NCBI GenBank assembly: GCA_040757435.1
Contig: JBFLXC010000002.1
Span: 1-60,231, forward strand
Length of the DNA: 60,231 bases
Reading direction: 5' to 3'
Source: Spirochaetota bacterium
GTDB taxonomy: Bacteria; Spirochaetota; Spirochaetia; Treponematales; Rectinemataceae
The notes under the pieces were generated by a model. That model had not been told where the DNA came from. It worked only from the letters and a program-made list of their open reading frames with translations, and searched no databases. Shown piece after piece: positions 35,218 to 44,543 of this stretch (positions within the stretch are counted from its first letter, which is position 1; each line of letters begins with the position of its first letter). The position numbers were made by a program, and so were the translations under genes.

Positions 35218-36687
35218 ATGGCAAAGAGGACGAAGATAGTTGCGACCCTGGGACCGGTCTCGTGGAAGCCGGAGATGATCGAATCCCTCATCAGGGAGGG
35301 CGTGGATGTCTTCAGGCTCAACTTCTCGCACGCCGACCACGGCATCGCGGACCGCACGGTGGACGAAATACGCAAGGCCAGGGAGAGGCTCCGCGCTCCC
35401 GTGGCCGTCATGGCTGACATAAAGGGGCCGGCCTTGAGGCTCTACGGCTATTCCGAAGCCCTGGCCTTGAGCCAGGGCGACGAGCTCACCATCGAGAGCC
35501 GCGAGCCCGCTGGGATAGAGGCCCTGTCCTCCGGCTCCCCCTTCCTGGTCTACACAAACCTGCCGGACATAGACAGGCTCTGCTCCCCCGGACAGAGGAT
35601 CGTCCTCATGGACGGATACTTCTCCTGCACCGTGGCGAGGGTGGGGAAGGGCTTCGCGACGGTAAGGATCGAGAACGACGGAGCCCTGCGGCCCAAAGCC
35701 CACCTCACCATACCCGGGGCCGACTACCCCATCCCCTTCCTTTCGGACAAGGACATCGCCGACATCCTCTGGGCGGTGGGCAAGGACATCGAATACATCG
35801 CCCTTTCCTTCGTCCGCTGCGCCACGGACATCGAGGAGGTGCGGCGCCTGGTGCAGAGGGCCGCCGTCTCCGCGGGCAGGAAGCCCAACTTCAAGCTCAT
35901 CGCCAAGATCGAGTCCGCCCGGGGCCTTGCGAACGTGGACGAGATCATCAGGGAGGCGGACGGGATCATGGTGGCCCGGGGGGACATGGGCGTGGAGATG
36001 CCCATCGAGACCGTCCCCATCGCACAGAAGAACATTATCCGCAAGGGCTACCTTGCGGCCAAGCCTGTGATCACCGCCACCCAGATGCTTGAGTCCATGA
36101 TCGACAATCCCATGCCCACCCGCGCCGAGGCCTCGGACGTTGCGAACGCCTGCTTCGACTCCACCTCCGCCGTCATGCTCTCGGGCGAGACGGCCATCGG
36201 CAAGCATCCCATCCAGGTAGTACGCACCATGCGCTCCATCATCGGCGCCGTGGAGGAGGAGTTCGACTACGACGACTTCCACCTCCTGGTCCCCCCGGAG
36301 GTGAAGACCGGGGAGGTGCCCGCCATCATGTCCTATTCGGCCGTATCCGTGGCCTATCTCTGTGGAGCCAAGGCTGTCATCGTCCTCACGGAGACGGGCT
36401 CGGCGGCCCGGCTCATCTCCCGGCTCAGGCCCAGGATGCCCATCCTCGCCTTCCTCACCGACAAGAAGCTGTACAACCAGCTCGCCTTGAACTGGGGCGT
36501 GAGGCCCATGCTGCACAGCGGCAAGGGGACGAGGCTTGACGAGGTGGTGGAGGAAGCCCTGGGCATCTGCAGGGCCGAAGGGATCCTGAAGCCTGGCGAC
36601 AAGGCGGTGATCATAGCCGGCCTTCCCCTGGCCCAGCAGGGCAGCACCAACATGATCCGCGTGGAGACTGTGCGAAGCGAACCTTGA
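35218..36687 (+). CDS. pyk: Pyruvate kinase
   Basis: 489 aa. 'KIVATLGP', 'MVARGDMGVE', 'ATQMLESM'. Confidence 0.92.
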   Translation: MAKRTKIVATLGPVSWKPEMIESLIREGVDVFRLNFSHADHGIADRTVDEIRKARERLRAPVAVMADIKGPALRLYGYSEALALSQGDELTIESREPAGIEALSSGSPFLVYTNLPDIDRLCSPGQRIVLMDGYFSCTVARVGKGFATVRIENDGALRPKAHLTIPGADYPIPFLSDKDIADILWAVGKDIEYIALSFVRCATDIEEVRRLVQRAAVSAGRKPNFKLIAKIESARGLANVDEIIREADGIMVARGDMGVEMPIETVPIAQKNIIRKGYLAAKPVITATQMLESMIDNPMPTRAEASDVANACFDSTSAVMLSGETAIGKHPIQVVRTMRSIIGAVEEEFDYDDFHLLVPPEVKTGEVPAIMSYSAVSVAYLCGAKAVIVLTETGSAARLISRLRPRMPILAFLTDKKLYNQLALNWGVRPMLHSGKGTRLDEVVEEALGICRAEGILKPGDKAVIIAGLPLAQQGSTNMIRVETVRSEP

Positions 36688-36717
36688 CAGGGGACTTTAG
36701 CGGTGAAAGGATGAAGC

Positions 36718-37878
36718 ATGGATGTCAAAACAGCCTTTGTCCTTCTCTTAAGTGAAAATATCCTCATCCTCCTGCTCCTCATCTTCCATAGGAGAAGCAA
36801 CACCGAACCCGCTGTTTCCTTCCATCTCCGATCCCAGGCCTTCACCACGCTTTCCATGGTCTTCATCATCCTGCGGCTGGTTTCCAACCTTTGGATCTTC
36901 CCGTTCCTCAATTCCGTGTTCCTCCTGGCGGGCTCCTACTTCGAGGCCTTGGCCCTGCTCAGCCTGGCCGATGCCCTTGACGGAAGGTCGAGGCGGCTGT
37001 ACGGGACCCTCCTCGGAGTCTCGATATTCCTCTTCGCCCTGAGCTTCATCCTTTTTCCCCGCCCCTTCGTGCGGGTGATCGTATTCGCCTTCTGCAACAC
37101 CGTCATACTTGTCCATCCCGCCGTGAAGGTGCTCAAGGCCAAGGATCCCTCGCCCTTGAGGCTCCTCCTGGGCGCCCTCTTCATCCTCATGATGGCCGGA
37201 TTCGTCATACGCATCATCGACGCCATCCGCCTGGGGCCGGCATTGGAACCCCTGGGTTCCAGCTTCGGGGAACTTGCGGCCGTGGCGAGCCTCTCGGCCT
37301 ACGCGATCCTCGGAGGCGTGGGGATAATCCTCCTGGCCAAGGAAAAGACGGACAGGCAGCTCCTCAGGATGTACAAGTACGACCGCCACACCAAGGTCCT
37401 CAACCGGGACGGCTTCATAGCCGACCTTGAGGAAAGGCTGGAAAAGGCCAACTACCACAACTTTTCCTTCGCCGTGGCCTTATGCGACATAGACAAGCTT
37501 GATCAGATCAACGAAGCCCGGGGCCACGAGACGGGGGACGCGGTCATCCTGCACGCCGCTACCCGCCTCGATGAGGCCGTGGAAAAGGGAGGTTTCGTCG
37601 GCCGCATGGGAGGGGACGACTTCATGGTCTACCAGGCTGTGGAGAACGAGGCTTCCGTGAGGGTTTTCGCCAAGACGCTTTTGGAGGCTGTGAAATCCGA
37701 TCGGCCCGAGGGGGTGGAATACGCCCTCAACATTGGGGTGGTATGGTTCGAGTATCCCGCGGGCAGGAAGTTGGAATTCCCCCAGATCTACTCCTACTGC
37801 GCCTCCGCCCTGGGCCAGGCGCGCAGGCGCGCCCAGCGGGACGGAGTCGCCGGCGGCATGGAAATCGTAGCCTACTGA
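36718..37878 (+). CDS. Membrane GGDEF-domain protein with a degenerate GGDDF motif
   Basis: 386 aa with about 6 N-terminal TM helices. The GGDEF domain has 'RMGGDDFMVY' at 37609-37623. No RxxD I-site lies 5 residues upstream. Confidence 0.8.
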   Translation: MDVKTAFVLLLSENILILLLLIFHRRSNTEPAVSFHLRSQAFTTLSMVFIILRLVSNLWIFPFLNSVFLLAGSYFEALALLSLADALDGRSRRLYGTLLGVSIFLFALSFILFPRPFVRVIVFAFCNTVILVHPAVKVLKAKDPSPLRLLLGALFILMMAGFVIRIIDAIRLGPALEPLGSSFGELAAVASLSAYAILGGVGIILLAKEKTDRQLLRMYKYDRHTKVLNRDGFIADLEERLEKANYHNFSFAVALCDIDKLDQINEARGHETGDAVILHAATRLDEAVEKGGFVGRMGGDDFMVYQAVENEASVRVFAKTLLEAVKSDRPEGVEYALNIGVVWFEYPAGRKLEFPQIYSYCASALGQARRRAQRDGVAGGMEIVAY

Positions 37879-37880
37879 CC

Positions 37881-38561
37881 ATGGCGCCCGAGGCTCTCGT
37901 CGTTCCGTTGGCCTTCGCGAGGGCCGAGACCAAGGTATCGAACTCCCGTTTCATAGCAAGTCTGGATTACATTGATTCCGTGGAGGCCGCGAAGGCCTTC
38001 ATCGCCCGAATCCGCGGGGAGTTCCCCGACGCCAGCCACAACGTGCCCGCCTTCGTCGTAGGGGGAGGGAAATCCCGGATCGAATTCTGCTCCGACGACG
38101 GCGAGCCCTCGGGCACCTCGGGCAAGCCCCTCTTGGCGGTACTTAAGGGCTCGGGTCTGGGCTGCGCGGTCCTGGTGGTGACCAGGTATTTCGGCGGAAC
38201 CCTCCTGGGGACCGGAGGCCTTGTGAAGGCCTATTCCGAGGCGGGCAGGAAAGTGCTGCAGTCGGCGCCAAAGGCGGTTCTCACCGAAATATCCCGCCTC
38301 TCGATCGAACTACCCTATAGGCTCTACGATCCCTTCGCGAGGCTGGCCGCCGAGACCAAGGCGGCGGTGGTGAAAAGCGGCTTCGGCGAAACCGTGTCCT
38401 TGGAGATCGAGATCCCCAGCCAAAGGCTCAAGGAGTTCGACGGCCGCCTGGCCGAGCTTGGCGCCGGAAGCCTAAAGGCGCGCCTTGGGGGGACGAGGAT
38501 CGCCCGGACCCCCCTGGGCGGCTTCCATGGGGGCTGTGAAAGCGGCTGTCCGGTCGGCTAG
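37881..38561 (+). CDS. yigZ: YigZ/IMPACT-family protein (UPF0029)
   Basis: 'SRFIASL..I.S.E.A..FI', 'ASHNVPAF' and 'DDGEPSGTSGKPLL' are family motifs. Start taken at ATG 37881. Confidence 0.8.
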   Translation: MAPEALVVPLAFARAETKVSNSRFIASLDYIDSVEAAKAFIARIRGEFPDASHNVPAFVVGGGKSRIEFCSDDGEPSGTSGKPLLAVLKGSGLGCAVLVVTRYFGGTLLGTGGLVKAYSEAGRKVLQSAPKAVLTEISRLSIELPYRLYDPFARLAAETKAAVVKSGFGETVSLEIEIPSQRLKEFDGRLAELGAGSLKARLGGTRIARTPLGGFHGGCESGCPVG

Positions 38562-40389
38562 GCTCTTCGGGAACAAGGCACTTGGGGCCTGCGCCGATGA
38601 GGTCCTCCCTTCCCGCGAGGCAGAGGGCCTCCCTGACAAGGCTTGCGTTCTCCGGATTCTTGAAATGGAGCAACGCGCGCTGCATGGCCCTCTCTTTCAC
38701 GGATTTCGCCACGTAGACCGGCTTCCCGTCCAGGGGATTCCGTTCGCACCACCACATGGCCGTGGAAAGGGTTCCGGGGGTGGGATAGAAATCCTGGATC
38801 TGGTCGGGGGCGAACCTCCTGTCCCTCAGATATTCCGCAAGCTCTATGGCCTCCTTGAGCCCCGACCCGGGGTGTGAGGAGATGAAATAAGGGATCAGAT
38901 ACTGGGGTTTCCCTCGGTCCGCGTTCAGTTTCGAGTAGGTTTTTTCGAAGGCTTCGTAGCTTGACCGGGGGGGCTTTCCCATGAGGCGGAGAACGTTCTC
39001 GGCCACGTGCTCCGGAGCCACCTTGAGCTGCCCCGAGATGTGGTGGTCCACCAACTCGCGCAGGAAGGACGGATCGGGGTCGAGCATGGCGTAGTCGTAT
39101 CGTATCCCGGAGCGGTCGAAGACCTTCTTCACCTTCGGCAGGGCCCTGAGGCTCCTCAGGGCGCGCAGGTATTCCCCGTGGTCAGCCTTGAGGGCCGGGC
39201 AGGGTTCGGGAGCCAGGCAGAGCCTGTCCTCGCAGGCCCCCCTACGCTCCATCTTCGGACAGGCTGAAAAGCGGAAATTCGCCGTGGGCCCGCCCACGTC
39301 GTGGATGTAGCCCTTGAAGTCCGGGAGGGAGCTTAAAATCCTGGCTTCCTCCACCAAGGCCTCCACGCTCCGGGAGGTGACTTTCTTCCCCTGGTGGAAG
39401 CCGATGGCGCAAAACGAACAGGCGCCGAAGCAGCCTCGGGAGGAGAGGAGGGAAAACTTCACTTCCTCAAGGCCCGGCACACCGCCGAAGGGGGCGTACA
39501 TGGGATGGGCCTGGCGCTGGAAGGGAAGGGCGTAGAGCCGGTCCAAGGCTTCCCTGTCCAAGGGAAAGGCGGGGGGCTCCTGCAGTATCGACCTGTCGCC
39601 ATAGGATTCGGTCAGCCTTTTCGCCGTATATGGGTCGGTGTTGGCATGCTGGAGGGCGAAGGACCGGGCGTAGGCCTCCTTCGACGCCTGGTCGGCGCCG
39701 CGGACTTCGTCGTAGCCAGGAAGGGCCAGCGCGTCGTCGGCCTTGCCTACCCGGACTGTTCCGCGGATCCCCGATAGATCGGCCTCGGGGCCGGATGCGG
39801 CGAGGCGGGAAAGGATGGTCAGGATCTGGCTTTCACCCATGCCGTAGACCAGGATGTCCGCCTTGGAGTCCAGGAGGATCGATCTTCGCACCGTCTCGGA
39901 CCAATAGTCGAAATGGGCGGCGCGGCGCAGGCTGGCCTCCAGTCCGCCTATGACCACGGGGACTCCCTTGAAGGCATGGCGGCACTGGGATGTGTAGGCG
40001 ATCACGGCCCTGTCCGGTCGGGCGTTCTTCCGCCCCCCTATCCCCTCGCCGATGCTTCCATCCGCCCTTTGGCACAACTCCGGCCTGCCTCCCGGGGCGT
40101 AGTCGTCCTGGGAGCGGGGCTTCTTGTTCGCCGTATAGGAGGAAACCATGGAGTCCACGGCCCCTGAGCTGACAAGCCAGGCCAGCCTAGGCCGTCCCAG
40201 GCTGCGGAAGGCCTCCACGTCGTCCGGGTCCGGCCGGGCGAGGATGGCCGCGGAATACCCTTCGGATTCGAGAAGCCGCCCCAGAAGGGCTACTCCGAAG
40301 GAGGAGTGGTCTACGTATGCGTCTCCGGTCACTATGATGACGTCGTATCCCTGGGCGGATTCGCCGGGTATTGCGGGAAGGAAGGCCAT
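38428..40389 (-). CDS. ygiQ: YgiQ-family radical SAM protein (UPF0313)
   Basis: 653 aa. N-terminal 'YDVIIVTGDAYVDHSSFGVA', radical SAM 'CFGACSFCAI', and a basic, low-complexity C-terminal tail. Confidence 0.85.
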   Translation of the reverse strand: MAFLPAIPGESAQGYDVIIVTGDAYVDHSSFGVALLGRLLESEGYSAAILARPDPDDVEAFRSLGRPRLAWLVSSGAVDSMVSSYTANKKPRSQDDYAPGGRPELCQRADGSIGEGIGGRKNARPDRAVIAYTSQCRHAFKGVPVVIGGLEASLRRAAHFDYWSETVRRSILLDSKADILVYGMGESQILTILSRLAASGPEADLSGIRGTVRVGKADDALALPGYDEVRGADQASKEAYARSFALQHANTDPYTAKRLTESYGDRSILQEPPAFPLDREALDRLYALPFQRQAHPMYAPFGGVPGLEEVKFSLLSSRGCFGACSFCAIGFHQGKKVTSRSVEALVEEARILSSLPDFKGYIHDVGGPTANFRFSACPKMERRGACEDRLCLAPEPCPALKADHGEYLRALRSLRALPKVKKVFDRSGIRYDYAMLDPDPSFLRELVDHHISGQLKVAPEHVAENVLRLMGKPPRSSYEAFEKTYSKLNADRGKPQYLIPYFISSHPGSGLKEAIELAEYLRDRRFAPDQIQDFYPTPGTLSTAMWWCERNPLDGKPVYVAKSVKERAMQRALLHFKNPENASLVREALCLAGREDLIGAGPKCLVPEEPSRPDSRFHSPHGSRPGGSGRSSSPQGAPLGFRRQARPGGRRTP

Positions 40390-40461
40390 AGGTCATCATT
40401 ATAGTTGATCCTGGGGCTTATGCCATCCACATGCCGGAATAGGGATCGGAAAGGGAAAACC

Positions 40462-41613
40462 ATGAAGGCGCCGCGCGCAAGAATGCTCATCCTCCTCGTC
40501 TCCGCCCTAGTCCTGGCATCCTGCCCCTTGGCGGCCCAGCAGTTTCCGGTTCCGGACCAGGGGCCGCGCTTTGTCTTTCTTTTCATAGGCGACGGGATGG
40601 GCAAGGCCCATGTGGAGGCGTCGATCATCGATCAAGCCGAAAGGGGAGCCCCGGAAGGCAGCGTGTTCGAGGTCTTCCCCGTCGAGGGCGAGACAGCGAC
40701 GAACAACGCCCTGGGGGGCACCACGGATTCCGCCGCCGCCGCGACCGCCTTGGCCACGGGATCCAAGACATTGAACGGCAAAATCAACGTAAACCCCCTT
40801 GGGAAGATCCTTCAGCCCACGATATCCCGGCTGTCCGCCTCCGCGGGGCGCCGGGTGGGGGTGGTCAGCTCCGTGCCCCTCAACCACGCCACGCCCTCGG
40901 CCTTCTATGCCTTCAGCGATTCCCGCTCCGACTACTACGACATCGCCCTCCAGATGCTGACCTCGGGATTCGATTATTTCGGCGGCGGTGGAATCCTGGA
41001 TCCCCGGGGCGAAGGGGGAACAAAGCCGGATATTCGGGACGAGGCGGCGAAAAAGGGCTACAGGGTGCTGGAGAGCCGGACGGAGCTCCAGGCCTTGGGT
41101 TCAGGGGACGTTCGGGTGATCGCGTTCGCCGACCCCTTGGACTCGGACCTGTCCATCCCCTTCCTCGCGGACCGGAGCGCTGGAGGGCAGAGCCTTTCGG
41201 ATTTCGTCGCCGCGGGCATCCGTATCCTCGACAATCCCCAAGGTTTTTTCCTCATGGTGGAGGGGGGCAAGGTGGATTGGGCGAGTCACGACAACGATGG
41301 TCCGAGGATGCTGGGGGAGATGAGGGATTTCGACGCCGCCATTCGGACCGCCCTGGCCTTCCTCAAGGAAAGGCCCGGGGAAACCTTGGTGGTGGTGACG
41401 GCCGACCATGAGACCGGCGGGCTCTCCATCGCAGACGCGGGCGCTTCCATACTGGGCCGCCTCTCCTGGTCCAAGACAGGCCACAGCTCCGCCAGGGTGC
41501 CGGTCTTCGCCCAGGGAGCGGGCGAGGATCTTTTCACCGGCTCCTACGACAACACCGGCCTGTTCCTGCGGCTCAAGGCCCTGTTGGAAGCTTCCCTTCC
41601 GGGGAATCCATGA
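40462..41613 (+). CDS. Alkaline phosphatase, predicted lipoprotein
   Basis: Lipobox 'LVLASC'. 'GDGMG' metal site and 'TDSAAAATALATG' nucleophile motif. Start taken at ATG 40462. Confidence 0.85.
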   Translation: MKAPRARMLILLVSALVLASCPLAAQQFPVPDQGPRFVFLFIGDGMGKAHVEASIIDQAERGAPEGSVFEVFPVEGETATNNALGGTTDSAAAATALATGSKTLNGKINVNPLGKILQPTISRLSASAGRRVGVVSSVPLNHATPSAFYAFSDSRSDYYDIALQMLTSGFDYFGGGGILDPRGEGGTKPDIRDEAAKKGYRVLESRTELQALGSGDVRVIAFADPLDSDLSIPFLADRSAGGQSLSDFVAAGIRILDNPQGFFLMVEGGKVDWASHDNDGPRMLGEMRDFDAAIRTALAFLKERPGETLVVVTADHETGGLSIADAGASILGRLSWSKTGHSSARVPVFAQGAGEDLFTGSYDNTGLFLRLKALLEASLPGNP

Positions 41614-42032
41614 ATCCTTCCCTGGCCTTGGCCCTCCTTTCGGGCATCGTGGTCCTGGCCGCAGTCCTCTTGGGCGTGACGGCGGGGAGGCTTGCGGAGA
41701 GGGCGAAAATAGAAGCCAGCCTGGGGGAGAGGATAGGGTTTGAACGGGAGGACGCGGTCAAGCGGTCCAAGGCGGTGGTGGGAGGCCAGGTGGCGGAGCA
41801 GCTCGCCCCCTACCTTCCCGATTTTCCCTGCCCTCCCAGGACCGCCCATTTCCTAGGAAAGCCCGTGGACTTCGTCTGTTTCCCCGGTGAGGAAGCCGGG
41901 GGGATCGACGAAATCGTATTCGTGGAGGTCAAGACCGGCTCCTCAGAGCTTGGAGCCGGGGAAAGAAGCATCCGCGACGCGATCCTGGAGGGGCGGGTCC
42001 GCTGGGTGGAATACAGGATACCCCTGGACTAG
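41610..42032 (+). CDS. Membrane-anchored Holliday-junction-resolvase-like endonuclease (PF10107-like, PD-(D/E)xK fold)
   Basis: 140 aa. N-terminal TM helix. C-terminal 'VDFVCF...IVFVEVKTGSSELGAGERSIRDAI..GRV.W' shows a D...E-x-K pattern. ATGA overlap with the phosphatase stop. Confidence 0.6.
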   Translation: MNPSLALALLSGIVVLAAVLLGVTAGRLAERAKIEASLGERIGFEREDAVKRSKAVVGGQVAEQLAPYLPDFPCPPRTAHFLGKPVDFVCFPGEEAGGIDEIVFVEVKTGSSELGAGERSIRDAILEGRVRWVEYRIPLD

Positions 42033-42095
42033 AGCGGGAGGCAGGCCCATGGCGCGACAGGGCCGGGATTCCCGCGGGCAGGTCTTCCCCCAGGG

Positions 42096-43403
42096 TCAGT
42101 AGCCCTGCCTAAGCTCGGGATTCCTTTTCAGGAAGGCATCCAACCGCAAGGCGAAATCTTCGGACGAAGAGCCGCCATCGGAAAGCCACGGTATGACAAG
42201 CTCATCCTTAAGCCGCTTCCAGCCGGGAGGCATCACGGCCGGCGCGGCCACGGACTCCGGCGGAGGGGTCCGCCCCCTCAGCTCGGGGTAGAAGGAGGGG
42301 AAGTCGGAGGTGGTGACATTTTTCAATGCGGAGAAGCCTCCTGCGATGCCGAAGGAGCTTTCCGAGGATCTCCGGATCTTGGAACGCTCCAACAAAGCCT
42401 GTTGGTTCCTTGGATCGAAGAACCAGAGTATGAATTTTTCCGCCGCCCTCTTTCCCTTCGCCTTTTTCAATATTCCCATGTAGCGTATATCCTCCAGGGC
42501 GATAAGCACGCCGTTTTCTCCGAAGTAGCTGAAGCCCAGCCTCGCTTTTGCCACAGGGGAAAGGAGGAAATAGGCGGAGGAATCCATGGCCCCGTAGAGG
42601 AGACGGCCCGATTCGACGTTGCGGTAGGTTGGGGCGGAAAGATATCTGAAGGCGAAGGCGTCTTCCTTCTCCTTCGAGGCATTGAACTCCTGGATGAAAT
42701 CCTCGAGGTCCCGGGCCGCCTTCTCCAAGCCCTCGCCGCTCCAGGACAAGGGCGCCGGGGAAGAAGCCTTGTCCCGCCGGTCCGTCCTTTCGGCGAACAT
42801 TGCTCCTCTTTGTTGTGCGAACTGAAATAGAAAGTCCCTGTCGGGCCAGCGGGGAGAAAATCCCATAGCCGCTTCGCCCGCCGGGTTCCGAGCCAGGTTT
42901 CTCCTCAAGCCTTCCATCCCCAGGAGAGGAGTCTCCAATGCCGGGGCTTCCAAGGTCTCCAGGTTTCCCCCTGGGAAATCCCTTTTGGAGATCAGCATGA
43001 GGGCGTTGAAGCTCACGGGAAGGAGGACTTGCCTTTCATCCACTCCTCCGGCGGCAAGGAGGGAAGGATAGAAGGATTCCTTTTCAAGGCCGAGGCCGCC
43101 GAAAAGATGGTCCAGGCCTGCGAAGGCATCCTTGAGGCTGGAGGTCCTGAGCCCCCTGCCCAGGGCCAAGGCGGGCAATTCCTCCTGGGAATCCGCGGCT
43201 CTTGAAAGGCTCGTCGCCAGGTCCTCCTCGAAGGAGACCACGATCCTATGCCGATCCTGGGAGGCGTTGAACATTTCCGCCGCCGCCAGGATCTCCGGCG
43301 TGTCGGTCCACAGGACGGCCATGGAGCCGCCTAGGGCGCAGGAGGTCGACAGGGCCGCGATAATCGCGGCGGCGATGAAAAGGCGGGGAAGGACGCTTGG
43401 CAT
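42096..43403 (-). CDS. Lipoprotein of unknown function (possibly type-1 solute-binding-protein-like)
   Basis: Start taken at ATG 43403: 'MPSVLPRLFIAAAIIAALSTSC' is a signal peptide plus lipobox. The track ORF extends 252 codons further upstream, across the opposite-strand radical SAM gene. Confidence 0.6.
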   Translation of the reverse strand: MPSVLPRLFIAAAIIAALSTSCALGGSMAVLWTDTPEILAAAEMFNASQDRHRIVVSFEEDLATSLSRAADSQEELPALALGRGLRTSSLKDAFAGLDHLFGGLGLEKESFYPSLLAAGGVDERQVLLPVSFNALMLISKRDFPGGNLETLEAPALETPLLGMEGLRRNLARNPAGEAAMGFSPRWPDRDFLFQFAQQRGAMFAERTDRRDKASSPAPLSWSGEGLEKAARDLEDFIQEFNASKEKEDAFAFRYLSAPTYRNVESGRLLYGAMDSSAYFLLSPVAKARLGFSYFGENGVLIALEDIRYMGILKKAKGKRAAEKFILWFFDPRNQQALLERSKIRRSSESSFGIAGGFSALKNVTTSDFPSFYPELRGRTPPPESVAAPAVMPPGWKRLKDELVIPWLSDGGSSSEDFALRLDAFLKRNPELRQGY

Positions 43404-43553
43404 AGGCGACCTTCGGTTTTTCCGCGGCGAATCCGAGGGAATGCTTGCCAGCTTTGGAAAGGTTCTGCCAGAATGTCCAAGGAAGATCGAGCCGATGCGC
43501 GCCATGGCTTGACCATATAGCGTACGGCAGCCTCTGGCAACGGGGCCGAAAGG

Positions 43554-44543
43554 ATGGACATGGAAGCACCGCCGCGGGAATCCCGCTGGAACCGCCATGG
43601 GGACAGGCTCCTGGAGCGCCATGGCCATAGGATTTGGAGACTGGGCGTGGACGCGGGTTTTTCCTGCCCCCACAGGGAGGGAGGGAGGGGCGGGGGAGGC
43701 TGCTCCTTCTGTTCGCCCGACGCCGGGTTGGCGGCCTACCAGCACAATGGCGAAGAGAGGGTGGTGGACCTTGAGGAGCAGATCCGCCGCGCCCTGGGCT
43801 TCACCCGGAGCAGGTATGGAGCCGAGGCATTCTTCCTCTATTTCCAAGCCTATACATGCACCAACCTCCCGGCGGAACAGCTGGAGGAAATCTACGGCAG
43901 GGCGGTCGCCATCCTGGACGGACTGGCGCCCGGAACCTTGAAGGGCCTCGTGGTGTCCACCAGGCCGGACTGCCTTTCCCGGGAAAAGGCGGAATTGTTG
44001 GCCGGGTATGCCGCGCGTGGCTTGGAGGTATGGCTGGAGCTTGGTCTGCAGAGCGCCTCGGACAGGACCTTGGAGAGGATAAACCGAGGCCACGGCTTTT
44101 CCTCCTTTGTCCAGGCGGCGCGGCTTACGGAAAACCTCGGGCTTAGGAGGGCGAGCCACATCATCCTGGGATTGCCCGGAGAGTCGAAGCGGGACATGGA
44201 GCGGACGGTACGGAGCGCCGTGGAGGCAGGCATGGAAGGGCTAAAGTTCCATGATCTCCGCCTGGTCCGCGGATCCGCCCTGGAGCGGAATTTCCCCGCC
44301 GGAGAATTCGCGCCCCTTCATCCTTCACGCCTTCCTTGCCTGCTTGCGGATCTTTTGGAGATCACTCCCGAACATGTGGAAATCCTGCGGCTCTGCGCCG
44401 ATTTCCCCCGGGGCCGGTGCCTTGACCTGTTTCCGCCGCCGGAGAAGTTCCAGCTCCACAGGGCGGTGGAGGCGGAGCTGGAATCCCGGGGCTCCCGGCA
44501 AGGCCGGCTATGCGGATCAAATGCGGAAGGGGGCGGCGAATGA
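43554..44543 (+). CDS. TIGR01212-family radical SAM protein
   Basis: 329 aa. 'GFSCPHREGGRGGGGCSFC' cluster motif and 'LELGLQS' typical of the YtqA/YhcC family. Confidence 0.85.
   Translation: MDMEAPPRESRWNRHGDRLLERHGHRIWRLGVDAGFSCPHREGGRGGGGCSFCSPDAGLAAYQHNGEERVVDLEEQIRRALGFTRSRYGAEAFFLYFQAYTCTNLPAEQLEEIYGRAVAILDGLAPGTLKGLVVSTRPDCLSREKAELLAGYAARGLEVWLELGLQSASDRTLERINRGHGFSSFVQAARLTENLGLRRASHIILGLPGESKRDMERTVRSAVEAGMEGLKFHDLRLVRGSALERNFPAGEFAPLHPSRLPCLLADLLEITPEHVEILRLCADFPRGRCLDLFPPPEKFQLHRAVEAELESRGSRQGRLCGSNAEGGGE

Noticed and set aside
43404-44159. N-terminal 252 codons of the 687-aa minus-strand ORF 42096-44159
   Set aside because: This part overlaps the well-supported TIGR01212 radical SAM gene on the plus strand and is Arg/Gly/Pro-rich. 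A textbook lipoprotein signal peptide begins at the internal ATG 43403, so the gene was trimmed to 42096-43403.
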